64,000 nucleotides of DNA, from NCBI GenBank assembly GCA_000934665.2, contig KZ538354.1:1-64000 (forward strand), read 5' to 3'. The stretch is from Catajapyx aquilonaris. Its lineage: Eukaryota. Of this stretch, positions 11,403 to 24,000 are shown one piece after another (the first letter of the stretch is position 1; each line of letters begins with the position of its first letter). Position numbers and translations under genes: made by a program. Below the pieces are notes generated by a model. That model worked only from the letters and a program-made list of their open reading frames with translations, was not told the origin of the DNA and made no database searches.

Positions 11403-14400
11403 GACATATCAGAGCCAAGTGCGTAGCTTCCAAGAGCCAAGGATTGTCATAACGAACTCTACATAATCCTCGGTTAGCACTGGAGAACTTCTAACGATCG
11501 AGAGGATTTTATAAAATACAGCCATTACCAAAGGTCGTAACTGGAGTCGTTTTTGAAGTAGTCCGTTACTCACATGTCGTAAGAAGGAGTACACAAAAGT
11601 TTTAGTAGTCTGTAGTTACGAGGTTCTCATGAGTGACATTTGAATAACTCGACAGTTGACGGAAGGCAAGTTTTGGTTAACGTAAGACTAACGCAAGGCT
11701 TACGAGCGGTGAATATAAAGTATAATTTGTGAAATAGTGAAATGATTTTTTCCCGTGCGAAATTTTAATCAAAGCAGCTCTATACTCTGAATCATAAATG
11801 ATGCCAGGGCGTGTACTTTGTACCTGTAATTCAGAAGTACAGTACAATAGGCTTTTCACTGTATTATTCGGCCATATATAGCTATTCAATCGTGGTGGCG
11901 CAAAGCAGAACAAAATCTGTTAGATTTTGCTGAGATTTACGGATTATATTGTGAATCGATGCCACGTACACGTTGTAAGCTGATTACGGAGCATTCTCGT
12001 TTTCGCTGTTTACAGGATTTACGGGTAGATACTTGGTTACTTCTACCCAAGGGATGCCTCATCCGCTTAAGACAGTCTGCACAGTGTGCTTCTACTGTAA
12101 TAATGCACTAATTAACAGAATGGGAAGACTAAAAGGGTCTAGTGGAATAGTTTCTAAGTGCTTGGATTGCGATCTAGGGGAGATTGCATACGTCTACTAC
12201 AATTGAATGTGGTAGTTTCAAGGTGGTCTGAACTAATTTATAATTAGGAGGGAACCTTGGGAGGACTAAAACCAGCTAACGTTCAAATCAGTCTTATAAA
12301 CATTTGTGAGGTACACACGCCATATTTAATAACTATATCCATGCTTCCGTTTAATTCACCAATTGCTATGTACACAATGAGACACTACCCAGATGTTAAT
12401 TCTCTCGCAGAGTATAATCCAAGCAAATTAAGCATGGAGATGTACTGTAACTCGCAGCTTGGGCATAATAAAGGTGTCAGTAAAATTAAGTAAAAGTTCA
12501 TTTGTTACTGCGCAGGCGCTTGAGCACTTCGCCTTGCCACATTTGCTACAGTATTATTCCGCCATGGCTTAATAATCGCGCGCACAGCGCCCTGTAATTT
12601 ATATTTATAAAAGTACAATTTTCGAAAAAGTTTTTCCTTGTCATTTACACAGCTACTGGAAGGCTTCGCTTATGAATAAAATGTGTTCGCCAGATTTTAT
12701 TTGGTGGTCGGTAAGGGAAAGCGGGGAATGGCCGTTATTATGCGGTTGAACCACAGGAGCGCAGAACTTGAGGGAAAATCAGCTTCAAAATTGGAAATCC
12801 GCAGAGACTGGGCATAATAAATGATACAAAATATTTCCCTAGAAGTTACCTGACAAGCGTGGCAAAGCGGCCTTGGCTTACATATAAAGTCTCCATAAAG
12901 CGCTGTACTTTTTTTCCGAGGAAATCTGCCTTTATTTCGTCCCAAGGATTTTCCACGGGAAATTCCTGAGAGCAGATGAGGCTTATGCAAACACGGGGGG
13001 GAGGGAAAGAGGTAAGTGGCGTGTCTCACATAATACATTTTGAAAGGTTTGCAGTGGGAATGGCAAAGCGTTTTCTCTCGGCTCTCCGCTTCCCCCTTTT
13101 TAAGACTCTAAATTAAGTTGAGGAGATGGAAAAGGGAGTGGAGGTAAAGGAAAGGTGGGGGTATATAAAAGAAAATGGGACGGAACTGGAGACAAAAGGA
13201 GGGATTCTCCAAGCCTGCATTTTTATTGTCTTGGAAACTCAGAGAGAGAAAAAAATATGGAGCTGGGACTTATTTTCCGCAATCTTGCACTCCGCAGTTT
13301 TGGGAGGGTGGAAAGAATGGGAGCTTGTCTCGTAATTTGCAACGACTTGTTTCATATGTATTTCCACTTTCTGGAGCTGGAAGTGACAAAGCCACAGTTG
13401 AGACCTGCATTAGAGATATGGAAGAGGGAATGGGAAAAGAAATTCGCAGAGAATTTGCTGGCTATGGTGAGATTTTATAGACAGCTTCTGTTACACTGCC
13501 CTGAATTAATTTATCGACTATACGTACATGAGTAAAGGCGATAGGTGCACAGTACACATACGAGCATCAAAACTAACACAGTGCTGGGTGAATATTATGG
13601 CGATACTAATGAGGTAAAGCGAGACATGGAGGGGAAAATTAGTGGCAGAAAATTACATGTAGTACAGCAGTGTTTGAAAGTCACATGGGACGAGTCTCCG
13701 AGAGGGATATGCAAATCAGGCCTCGAATGGATCTTATCAGGGTGTTTCAGTATTCATGAAACTAATTACCACATAACCGACAAGCATCTAGGATGCCTGG
13801 ATTTTTTTTTTGGGGGGGGGGGGAGGGTAACATCAGCAGCTACAGCCGAGGGCTTGCATAGTTTCACTTTACGCACGAACATGATACTATTATTTTTCCA
13901 ACATTACAAAAGGAGACGCCTATTTTTTTCTATTTCAGCTTTGTTGCCTTTGTTTGGAAAGAAATAGCAAAGCCAACAGAAGGGGGTGAAATGGATGAGT
14001 GTACAGTATAATGTTACGCATTCAGTAGGCCCATAATGCATTGCTTTGGGCCCTGCTTTATTGAAACGGTGCTCTGTAAAAATTTGCTAGTTAGGAAAAA
14101 TATACACGCACTGGCTCAACCCTATAGTGGATCAGTGCTATTAACAGGCGAAGCGGTTGGCTTTTGCTTCAGGGCAGCTGGATGTAAGCTATATGCTGCT
14201 GTGGAGATAATGAGCGAGAAAATTTACGAAGATGCTTCATGTATATGAATGCACTGCAAAATTTACACAAAAATCAGTAGTATTTTTGTACTATTGGAGC
14301 CTCCTTTAACTACAGTATGGTGATATTTCCTCGACACGTCTATTAATAACAATTCCTTTTGAAGCAAACCTAGACTGAGGCCATAAAATACAGTCTTCTA

Positions 14401-17400
14401 TTACTTCTGTCTGTCGTCAGGTCAGAGATCGATGATTGCTTCTCGACTCGGGCTTGTCATTGAGCTGTCCTTTGTGAAAAACACAATGTTATCACTCATG
14501 CAAAAAAAAGAAGAGAAACAAGTTACAGGGAAGGGTCGCAATGCGTCAAAGGAAAAGGACTATACCCAATCGGCAAAAGGACAAGATAGCCGGAAGTGGA
14601 AGGAAAGTTCTCCTGAAGTTCTGTACATTCTTGAAATATTTATGTAATGTAATAAATTTTATCGTAATAGGAAGCAAAATGTGGAGGAGCAGTTGTTTGA
14701 TATATCCCGAAGTCAGATGTAAATGTGCATACAATTTGCTATACAATTGAAGCATGATAAACAATAGTAGCACCAAGTTTAAAACTGTTTAAGATAATTA
14801 TGAGCACAGTACAACAAAAACTTCATGGAGATGTAAAGTCGTTGGTTATTCAACAGAACAAAGCTGAACAATGCAGGTTGTTTCCACGATTCCAACATCA
14901 CAACCACATATATTTTTGTAAAGTGCATCGGAGCACCCTGGTGGTGCCATATAATATCCAGCCATTATTTGCAACCGCCCAGGTCGTCCCAAGTCCCCCG
15001 TCTTTTTTTTCCTGATGTTTACGAGCGCCCTTAGGACACGGACACAGTTTGCATCCTCCCAACAACTCAGGTCTCATGCTGCAACGAGGCCGAGTTTTAT
15101 CATCTTCAAAAAGCGGCGATGGGAAAGGCCTAACTTTCTCCCGGAAAAGGAAGATATTTTTCATATCTTTCCCCCAGCGGAGAGGAACGTGTTTTGTTCT
15201 CATGAAGGTTTTTTTTTTTTTTTGCGAGAACCTCTGGCACCGGAAAATTTTAGTGCAGATTTCTATGGGTGTGGGCAGGAAAGACTTTGCTTTGGGCTAG
15301 GTGTCCTTTACAGGGTACAAATTGCATTTCTGTGCTGGAAAACCAAATGCGAAAGGGGAGAGTTACATCACGGGGGGTGTTGCTAAAATCCAGGTGCTTC
15401 CACTTAGGGCAACAAAAGCGAGGGTTTAATCTAATTCTTTGGGCACTCACAGCATGTGCGCAGTATCCTTCAGTAATTTTATTCCCACCGACGCCCACTC
15501 ACAGTACAAGTGCAGCTAATTGACGTGGCAGAGAGTCCGAGCTGTAATGGTACTAATGATCGCACACTGTGTAACACTAGTACTCTACATCGGTTTGAAT
15601 CCTTAATACGACAATTTCAGCTTTGCGTTAATGGACATGGGTTAAACCACAATTGGCCGTAAATGAAATCCAACATGTCCGAAAGTATTCAATACATGTG
15701 TCATTGGGGGGGTTTTAATAACACTGAATAATTCTACCCAACGAGCCCGCGGTAGTTACCATTGGGTTTTGGGGGGTACGGCACCCGATGACAAATATAG
15801 GGATTTATCCTGAACATTCCCACCGGACCTCTTCACGTCATTATCGCTTTTTAATGGCGTGTTATTTTGTCCTCGTGAACACACCCGCCCGCAGAAACTA
15901 GTCACCATTTGCATTGATTCATAAACTATTACAGGCTCCATGGAACGCGAAATACAAAAACGAGAATATTGGGACGATTGACCACTAATTACGCCCCTTA
16001 CAAACATTTTTCTCTCTAACATTTTTTTTGTGATTTTTGCAGTCGTGTGTCTGCGTCGCTTTTTCTATTTTCCGGAAGCATTTCTGGCACGTTCCAGCAG
16101 CGTCCGGGTATTCGCTTTTGAGCAGCATTGAAAAGCGGATGTGGACACGATCTCCGGAGTCTTGAATGGCCTCTCGACGCCAAAGCGCATCCAAAGGCAA
16201 GGCTCTGGAGATATAGAGAGAGACAGGGACCCAAGAAAAGAAAAAGTGAAGGAAAAAAAAGAGAAAGAAGAAAACTTGACGGTTTCCGGGTGCTATTGAT
16301 TCGCAAAGCTAATATTGGTCCTTTTCTCCTGTTTCGCCTTCGTTTTTCCCCTGTGGGACTTTGGGAAGCCCTGAAAACAGGTGGGTGTTGGTGCAACACA
16401 CATCAAGAGACGAGTGGCCTTCTCCATGGGAACCGAATGACCTACTCTCCTTTTTTTGCTTCACACTTTGCAATAAGAGGCTGCTGCTAGAGGGTGATGT
16501 AATCTCAACAGAAGATTTATGAACTTATATGAAGCTGACATTAGTGTGTTAATATCCATTGTCGCGGAAAGCGCTTAAAATTTTTCATTATTGGATTATG
16601 ACTACCAATGCATGTACATTGTACAAATATCGGACAAATGAAAACTGCAACGCAGACCTTGAAGCGTAATGGAGTCATTAAATATTCAAAAACTAATTAA
16701 GTTCGCATCTGTTTATGACGAAATTGTTGAGGCGATTTTTTTTGGAACGTGGTGGCTTTTAATTAATGAACTGCATCCGCTGCTTTGATACTGTAGTATC
16801 TGGCCTGATATTCAGCATGGAGTTTTCATCGACAGAGAAATAGGCGATTCATATATGAAATGAATTGTCTTTTTTGTATTTTTGATTAGCCCTGTTTGAT
16901 ACAATACATACCTGCAGTATAGAACCGATTTCAGAGCACAGTTGCGGAATGTTTGTCGTGTTCCTATCGGGTTTAATATCCAGTTCAGAGAAACCTCGCC
17001 ATAATATCGCGAATTCTCCCTCTGAAATGAGTTCGAAGACGGAATGATACCAGCTATTGATCTCTAGCATAGTTTCGATACTTCCATGCCAGGCGTTATA
17101 TCTCACATCATTGCACTTGTATGAAGCGAAACGACTTGGCTTATCGGAAAATTCCATAATTTAGATCCGGACTTGGCAGGTTCTTTTCAATAAGTTTGCC
17201 CTAAACCGCCATACTTGGCCAACACCGGCCCCGTTTTATTTCTTTGCTTCATTATATAGTAGTAGCTTCTAAAATGCAATATTACACAAATGAAGCTGCA
17301 AATTTTTTTTTTTATGATTTCTTGCCGTAGGCTGCTTTTAAAAGTGACTATTTAGGACAATTTTTTGTCGCTATGTCAGCTATATAGCGACGTGTGACGT

Positions 17401-19672
17401 GATCGTTGTCACTAGAGGCATACTTTTAACATGCAATCCCTCCCAACCTCCAATTATCATCATAAACACATGGTGCGAGGTTGTGATTGGACGTTTTCAT
17501 AATGTGTGCCTGGAGGGTAGGAGAGGCTGAGGTTTTCCATCCCTTTCTGTGTTTTTATTATTATTATTTTGGCGGGGGTGTTTAGTGGTGGGGGTGAGGT
17601 GTTCGTAACAGCACAGAGTCTGGAAATGAGAGCTTAATGGGCGAAACGGGCGTGATTAAATTGTCCCACTGGTTCCCGCGGCGTTAATGGAAACCGCAGA
17701 GGTCAGTCGCAGCGGATGCTTTGCGACCGTTTTAATCATCTATGGCCACCTGATTTTAGACCCAGCCATCATAATCACACATCAGAAGGTTCGGCAGGAG
17801 ACAAATTCCGGGGAAACTCCTGGATCCGGGTTATATTTTTGTGCCTGAAATTCCGGCGATAAACCCCCGGTTATTTTTGTAAGGATGTAGAAATCTGAAA
17901 CAGTTTTGTGCTTGTCTGCAAAACGAATTTTTCAGAGTCAGGACGGAACCGTGGAGGGTACAAAAGCAGGGAGAGAGAAAAAAATAAGTAGGATACGAAC
18001 TTGTTTATGCAAATGGTGTTGAAAGGAGCTTTCAGTTGGGCTCTGTGTGAAGTACGCTGGATGGAAGAAATTCGAGAGAAAATGGGCAGAATCTCCCGAG
18101 AGTTGCCCAACATTTGCACATGAATTTCTCCAAGTTGCGACAGGGATGGTCGCCACTGTTCAGTTTTTCCCCCCCTTCTACTATTTCAGACCAAAGTTCG
18201 GGCCTTTTCATGTAGCCTCTAATGAAAGAGGGAAAAAATGGCTACATACAATGCGGAAGTGAGGCACTTCATCTTGTTGAAATGATGGCTTTAATGTAAT
18301 TTGTCTTGTTACAGGAGACATGAATATCTAATGTTATTCAAGGAGTCCTGTAGACCACATTTTTCCATTAAAGGTGTATGAATTATTCAAAATATGGAAA
18401 TCGAAAGTGCAATGTGTGGAAGGGAAGGAGATTAAATGTAACGAGTCACCTTGGATTTTACGATAGGATTAGACGTACTGTAGTGATGTGTTTACGCTCA
18501 AGTTTTATACCAGATGCAATATTTAATTTGATCAACTTGGAGGCTAATATTTTAATAAATATTTTCAAATAAAATTCCTAATCCTCAAATCATAAAGGAA
18601 TCACATTTGAATGCAATATCTTACTTTTTTTTAGAGTGACCCATCACGAAATTCATTTATTCTGACAAATTTCGAGCCTTATCCAACACCTTGTACGTAT
18701 TTTATTATTCTCTCACAATGGATTTTGGGCTCCTTCCAAACCTCCCTAGAAAAGAATAAGGGAAAAAAATACACTATCTTTTCATTTGGCAGGATATCTG
18801 CAGCCTTCCGTTCTTTTCAATTCGCAATGAAAGATGGCCAATAAATTTTATTTGTCACTCTCACCTTCCAGTGGATGATCGATCTAACCGTGTGTTTTTT
18901 TCCTCCTTCTTTTTCTTCTTCCAACTCTCTCGATCCGACCTGGCTTGACTATTCCTCGCTGTGTCTGAGCTCCATGCCTGAAACTCGAGGTAAAGAATGA
19001 AGAAAAAAAGAAGAAGAAGAAGAAGAGAAGGGGGTATTTGGAAGGTGAAAAGCGATGGGAGGTTTCGGCCCTAAGGCTTTTCCTATTTGAAGAGTTGGAG
19101 TCTTTGCAATAAGAGAGCCCCGGCCGACATTTCAAGGGCCAATGGGCCACGGCTCGACTCGAAGCCCCCATTTAATCCAACATCCCGCCCAAATTACTCG
19201 AGAGAGTGAGATGTTTATTTTTTGGCACCAAAAATTCAGTGGTATAGACACACTCCTTGGAGCTGAGTTATGCTACGTTTAGTATTCATTGCGTCTGGAG
19301 GAGTGGTGAGCTGGTTGTGTTTGTTGGAGAATGGGGGTGGAGGGGTTGGGTTAATCCCACCTGGAGGGCAGATTTATGGCACTGGAGGTAAATGTTAGAG
19401 CTGAGCCAATAACTTATGCCTACCAAAGCTTAGAGCCGTTTTCTGACGTTGAAAGCCTCTGTAACAATGTTAGTAATGTAGGAGTGTGTTTTAATAGTCT
19501 TATTTTTGCCACTGCGGGGATATGCATCACTGAAGGCATTGCGTCCCCTGTGAAAAGGCCTGATCTTTATGGGCGGCGCGAACAAAGTGCAGTTTCTCAT
19601 AAAGTAACTCTTGGGCCACAATAAATGAGAAAAAGACACATCGCGTAAAAAAATGAAACCATATTAGAGCCA

Positions 19673-19729
19673 GTTATAACCGAAAGTCTGTTATAGCCGA
19701 TGCTGTTATATCTGCTAGATTCAACTGTA
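19673..19729. mobile_element. Solo end of a pogo/Tigger-like (Tc1/mariner superfamily) MITE
   Basis: Three spaced GTTATA repeats (19673, 19690, 19705) followed by ...AGATTCAACTG|TA, the typical subterminal-repeat plus CAGT/TA end layout. No matching other end was found nearby. Confidence 0.45.
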
Positions 19730-20570
19730 TTTTAAATAAAAGAGATCCGCACCTTCAAGTGAAACTAATGATTATGCAGGACACAGGCTTATCTATATTA
19801 TTACAAAACACTTGTGGTATTACAGTATGGGTTTTCATGCTGTGAATAATCTCCGTAATGCAGCCGCATACGCAATTACTTTTGAGAGCACGACCATGTA
19901 TCTTTTCTGCTCCAAAAAATGTGTCAAGTTCCACCATTACTTAGAGGCGTCCGAAGTTCTTGTCCCTGTCGTCCTGGCCTCCGACTCGGTTATCCTTAGT
20001 ATTACTCTCACGACTTTGGCCTCCGGGCCTGTCGCTTGGTGCTGGGAATATTACAAGGAGCAGGCGGTAATCCACAAGACACCACAGCTTGCCTTTCGTA
20101 TCAATCAAACTGGGGGATGGAAGCCAGCCGGGTGCTGGGATATTACAGCCGGTATATTGTAAATAAGGCTGATGGCTAAGGTGCTAAACACACACACACC
20201 TCGAGATTCGGGGAAATTGGGAAAATGAGAAAATTCCAGGCCCAGGCCTCCTTCAGGAGCAAAATAATGGGGGCTTGTACAAAGCAGAAGTAAGTTCATT
20301 AATCTTGGTGAGATTACTTGTCAAGGGGCTTATTGTGCCTTATAGCCTTGTTCTCGCCTGCTTACAACCCGGGTAGAAAAAGTATGCTCGGATGGGCCTA
20401 TTCAAAACTTCATTTTCTTCGAAGGCGAGAGACTATCAAAGTGGTTTCGCGGTGTAAGTCGGTTAATTAATTTTTCTGTCACTACTGGAGCTCGAGTTTT
20501 CAACCTTACACCTTAGAAGTTTGGTGCTCTTGTCGCCTGTCTATTAATATTTTAATAATTTTTTGCGGAA

Positions 20571-21036
20571 CATGGTGTTCAAACTTATCATATAGTAACG
20601 AACAAAATTTTGGCCTTGTTTTGAGTTTTTAAAACGCACATTCTCTCCGGGTCTCTTTCAGTACGAGAAATATTTTTTCGGGTTTTCGGGAAAGTAGCCT
20701 ACGTATTCTTTTTGGCCGCTGCCGATATGACCTAAAATAATAATACTTGCGACTTTTCCTTGGAGAATAAAAATGACGTATCCAAAGGTGTGTTTCGCTA
20801 TAAACATAGTGCTATCCTGCGAAAATTTTGCAACTAATGCTTAATCACAATTGAATTACAAATTTAATAACTTCCAAAAACTTCAATTAAAAATAAAATC
20901 AGGTTACATCAGTTATCGGCTAGCTTTTCAAATCTAATCAGGGATATCTCTTTTAATAATTCTAACAATAAGTTATATGAGCTACGGAACAAACTTTTGC
21001 TACCTCCAACGTGAAGTTTAGTTGGAACACCCTGTA
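20571..21036. mobile_element. Degenerate Tc1/mariner-type MITE (CAGGGTG-type ends)
   Basis: Right end AGTTGGAACACCCTG|TA (21020-21036). Left end CATGGTGTTCAAACT (20571-20585) matches its reverse complement at 13/15. The interior is AT-rich. Confidence 0.45.
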
Positions 21037-24000
21037 CCGAAATTAGCAATGCGGCAGGACAAAATTATTAAGATTTCCATGGTAAGTTTACAAGCTCACG
21101 TTATTAAGTAAAGCCCAGAAGTTTGGAAGCATGAGTTATTTTCTTGACCCAGAGCGAAAACTAGTCTTCTTCCCTCGAGGCCCACAATTTCTGTCTTTGA
21201 GGTTTTCGCTAACGGGACCCGGTATCCCAATTAGAAAGGAAGACGTGAACCGCGGCCGAACTACGGAGGCACCTTTTGGGCAATTAAAACTGCAGAAGAG
21301 AGGTCTGCGAATAGAATCCCCGCGGCTAAGTAAGAAAATATTAATCCTCCTAGAGCATGAATCCACCCGGCTATAAATATCAAAAAACCCCAGAAAGGAA
21401 CCATGCACCCTCATCACCCCTCAAAAAAAGACCTGAACGATTCATCCGGCTGTGCTTTTACGATGTGCCTTCATCTGTGAACTTTGTGTTCCTGACAGGT
21501 TGCCTTTCCTTTGTTCCGCCTTGAGGCTTCCCAAATGCTGCAAAAGCAGCTTTTGTCCAACTACTTCCCCTTTCAAAAGGATCCTTAGGGGAATTCGCCA
21601 AGTTGGCCCCCTCTTGCAGATTCTCATGGGGGGGATCCCACAGGCAAAAGAAACTTTGAATAAACACTAATACCTGGACCGAGCGGACTTCATTTTAATG
21701 CCTTTTGCAGAAATGGCATGCTCTTTGTGTGGCGACGGATCTAACATGAAGACCTATGTTGCTTACAAAAACAGTGCGAATTTTTTGCGCCTGTTGGTTA
21801 TGCCTCACGTTGTACAAGGGTGCGGTTACATAGCAGTAAGGATGAATCCAACCAGGTTTCATGGCCCGATTTAGGAAAATTCGCATAATTTTAAAATGGC
21901 ATGAAAATCACAATAATACAAATGCACTTGATATTTTTTTGCAATACCTAACCGACATGTCACATGCAACAGCCTCAAAACGTAGGCATGTGCATTTTTT
22001 TCTCTCTTTTGCAACTAGGGCTCTTTAATTATTATTTTATTTTTTCGTTTCGAGGTTAATAGCACTACCAGAGTGTGGTTTGGTTGACCGCTTTTCGAAC
22101 TGTAGGTCGAAAACATGCCCCTGTTGAAAACGGCTTAAACATGCGAAATGCTCAAAATGGCTCAAAAACATGTACAGTGCATTTGAAAGGGGGTTTAGTT
22201 TCGTAAGAGGATATGCCAAACTGCCCCATTCGAAGTGCTTGAATTTGCTATAAGTACAGTCTACAGTACTTCCATTACATACGAATAATGTCAGTTTAAA
22301 CCATTGGTTACAATGCAATGCGCAAAGGACAACTGTGCAAGTGGCTAGTTTATTCAAGTCCCTTTATGGCTGAATTCGCACCAAACGGCTCTCAGTATTG
22401 CTGCAATAACAAAAGTTCAGGTGATGCTCTCACGTGCTAAAATTGCGCCACTTTTTTTGTTTGTTTGTTTCGCCATGTTGTTTAGCCTTTTCCTGCCAGC
22501 AATGTGTTTTCATCTGAACCATGACCAATAATAGAGCCAACAGCTCTCGGAGACTTCTATAAAAAAAGAAGCTTTTGACCCATTGGGCGCCAAAATGGCA
22601 CATCTTTCGCAGACTCGCATTCGCGTGCGGTCGTGTCCGGTCGCCAATGAAAAGCTGCGGTGTGCTCCATTTTCTGCATTTCAGCACCTCGAAACTGAGG
22701 CACGTAGCGCTTTCATTCCTCTATTCCCGGTTAAGTTATGCGGACTATAAAATGGCAAAGCACACAGACTAAAATGGGCAGATAGTAGCTAGGCATTAAA
22801 ATACGTTTTTTTTTCTCTCTCCCTCTCCCACACTTTCCAAATCTTGCTGTTTTGTAGCTTGCAGCCTCATCATTATTGCATTTTGCGCCGAGTTTAAAAG
22901 CGCTGTATTTTCTCTCCGGTTCCCAGGAAAATATTTTCCTCTGAAGTTGGGATACCGAAGGCGACATTTTAGTCGCCTGCCTTTTAAGTGCTTGGAGCAA
23001 ACGTGACCAGAATTTGGAAAAAGGCATTGAGGGCCAAGAAGAGGTGGGGTTGTTATTTTTCATCATCGACGCTTAAGTTTGGTGCTTAGCGCGTCAGCTG
23101 GAATGTGGCCAGGAAGTAACGAGCAGTTTCTTATTGCCTCTTGGGTCATTTCATCTCTAATAAATCGATTTTTCTGTCGGAACAGCAAGGAGACTGATTG
23201 TGATATTTTCTCGCACTTTTTTTTCCTTCTTCTACTTCTTATGAGACCGGAGGAAAGTTGCACACTTGTTGCTAAAAATTTTGGAGCAAGGCGGGCTTCC
23301 ATTAAATGGCCATAACGACGTTGATTGCTTCCAACGAGATGACAGCATGGCTTGAAATTACCATTACGTTATTGGATGGCGCAGGGTGTTTCTATACACG
23401 GATTGTTATGGCGCGTTAGGAATATCAGTGAGTCATATAGGCTTACCAAAATATCTCAACAATTCCAGAGAAATTGCGACATGTACAAACTTCTAAAATG
23501 TATGGAAAACGCACCGGTTCTTTTTTAGTTTGTGAACACAACCTGGATGTACGTACTTTTTTGGTTGGCGACACATTCGACAACCATATAACATCCTGAT
23601 AACGACGAAACTTTGCAACCCGAACAAAGGGAGACGAGAGGCTGTCGTTTGTGTAGCAGGTCTCATCAATCGAGCCTCTGCACCCTTATGATTGATAGCC
23701 CAACTTTCTTAAACCGCTTCATTTATCAACACCCTCGAAATTGGCCCTACACAAGTTGACCTCTCACGTGGGCAGCCAAGATTCAGCTGCTTCTTCCGGG
23801 AGTTGAAAAAAAAAGTGTGCCTTCAGCAGGGAAGACGGTTCCCTTCCCAACATATAAAATGTCTTGAAAGATCCGGTTCAGGATGACGCCCCCCAGAACT
23901 TGGACAAGTTCCACGGCGATAAAAAGTAGGGTGGGGTGGAAGGGAGAAAAAGGGTCCTCTTCTTCCCATATATGTAGCCCAAAGTTGAGAGCTGTTCCAG

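Noticed and set aside
16849..17157. 102-aa minus-strand ORF containing a CAG|GTATGT donor near 16910
   Set aside because: It could formally be a first exon, but there is no homology, no clear codon bias and no downstream exon identified.
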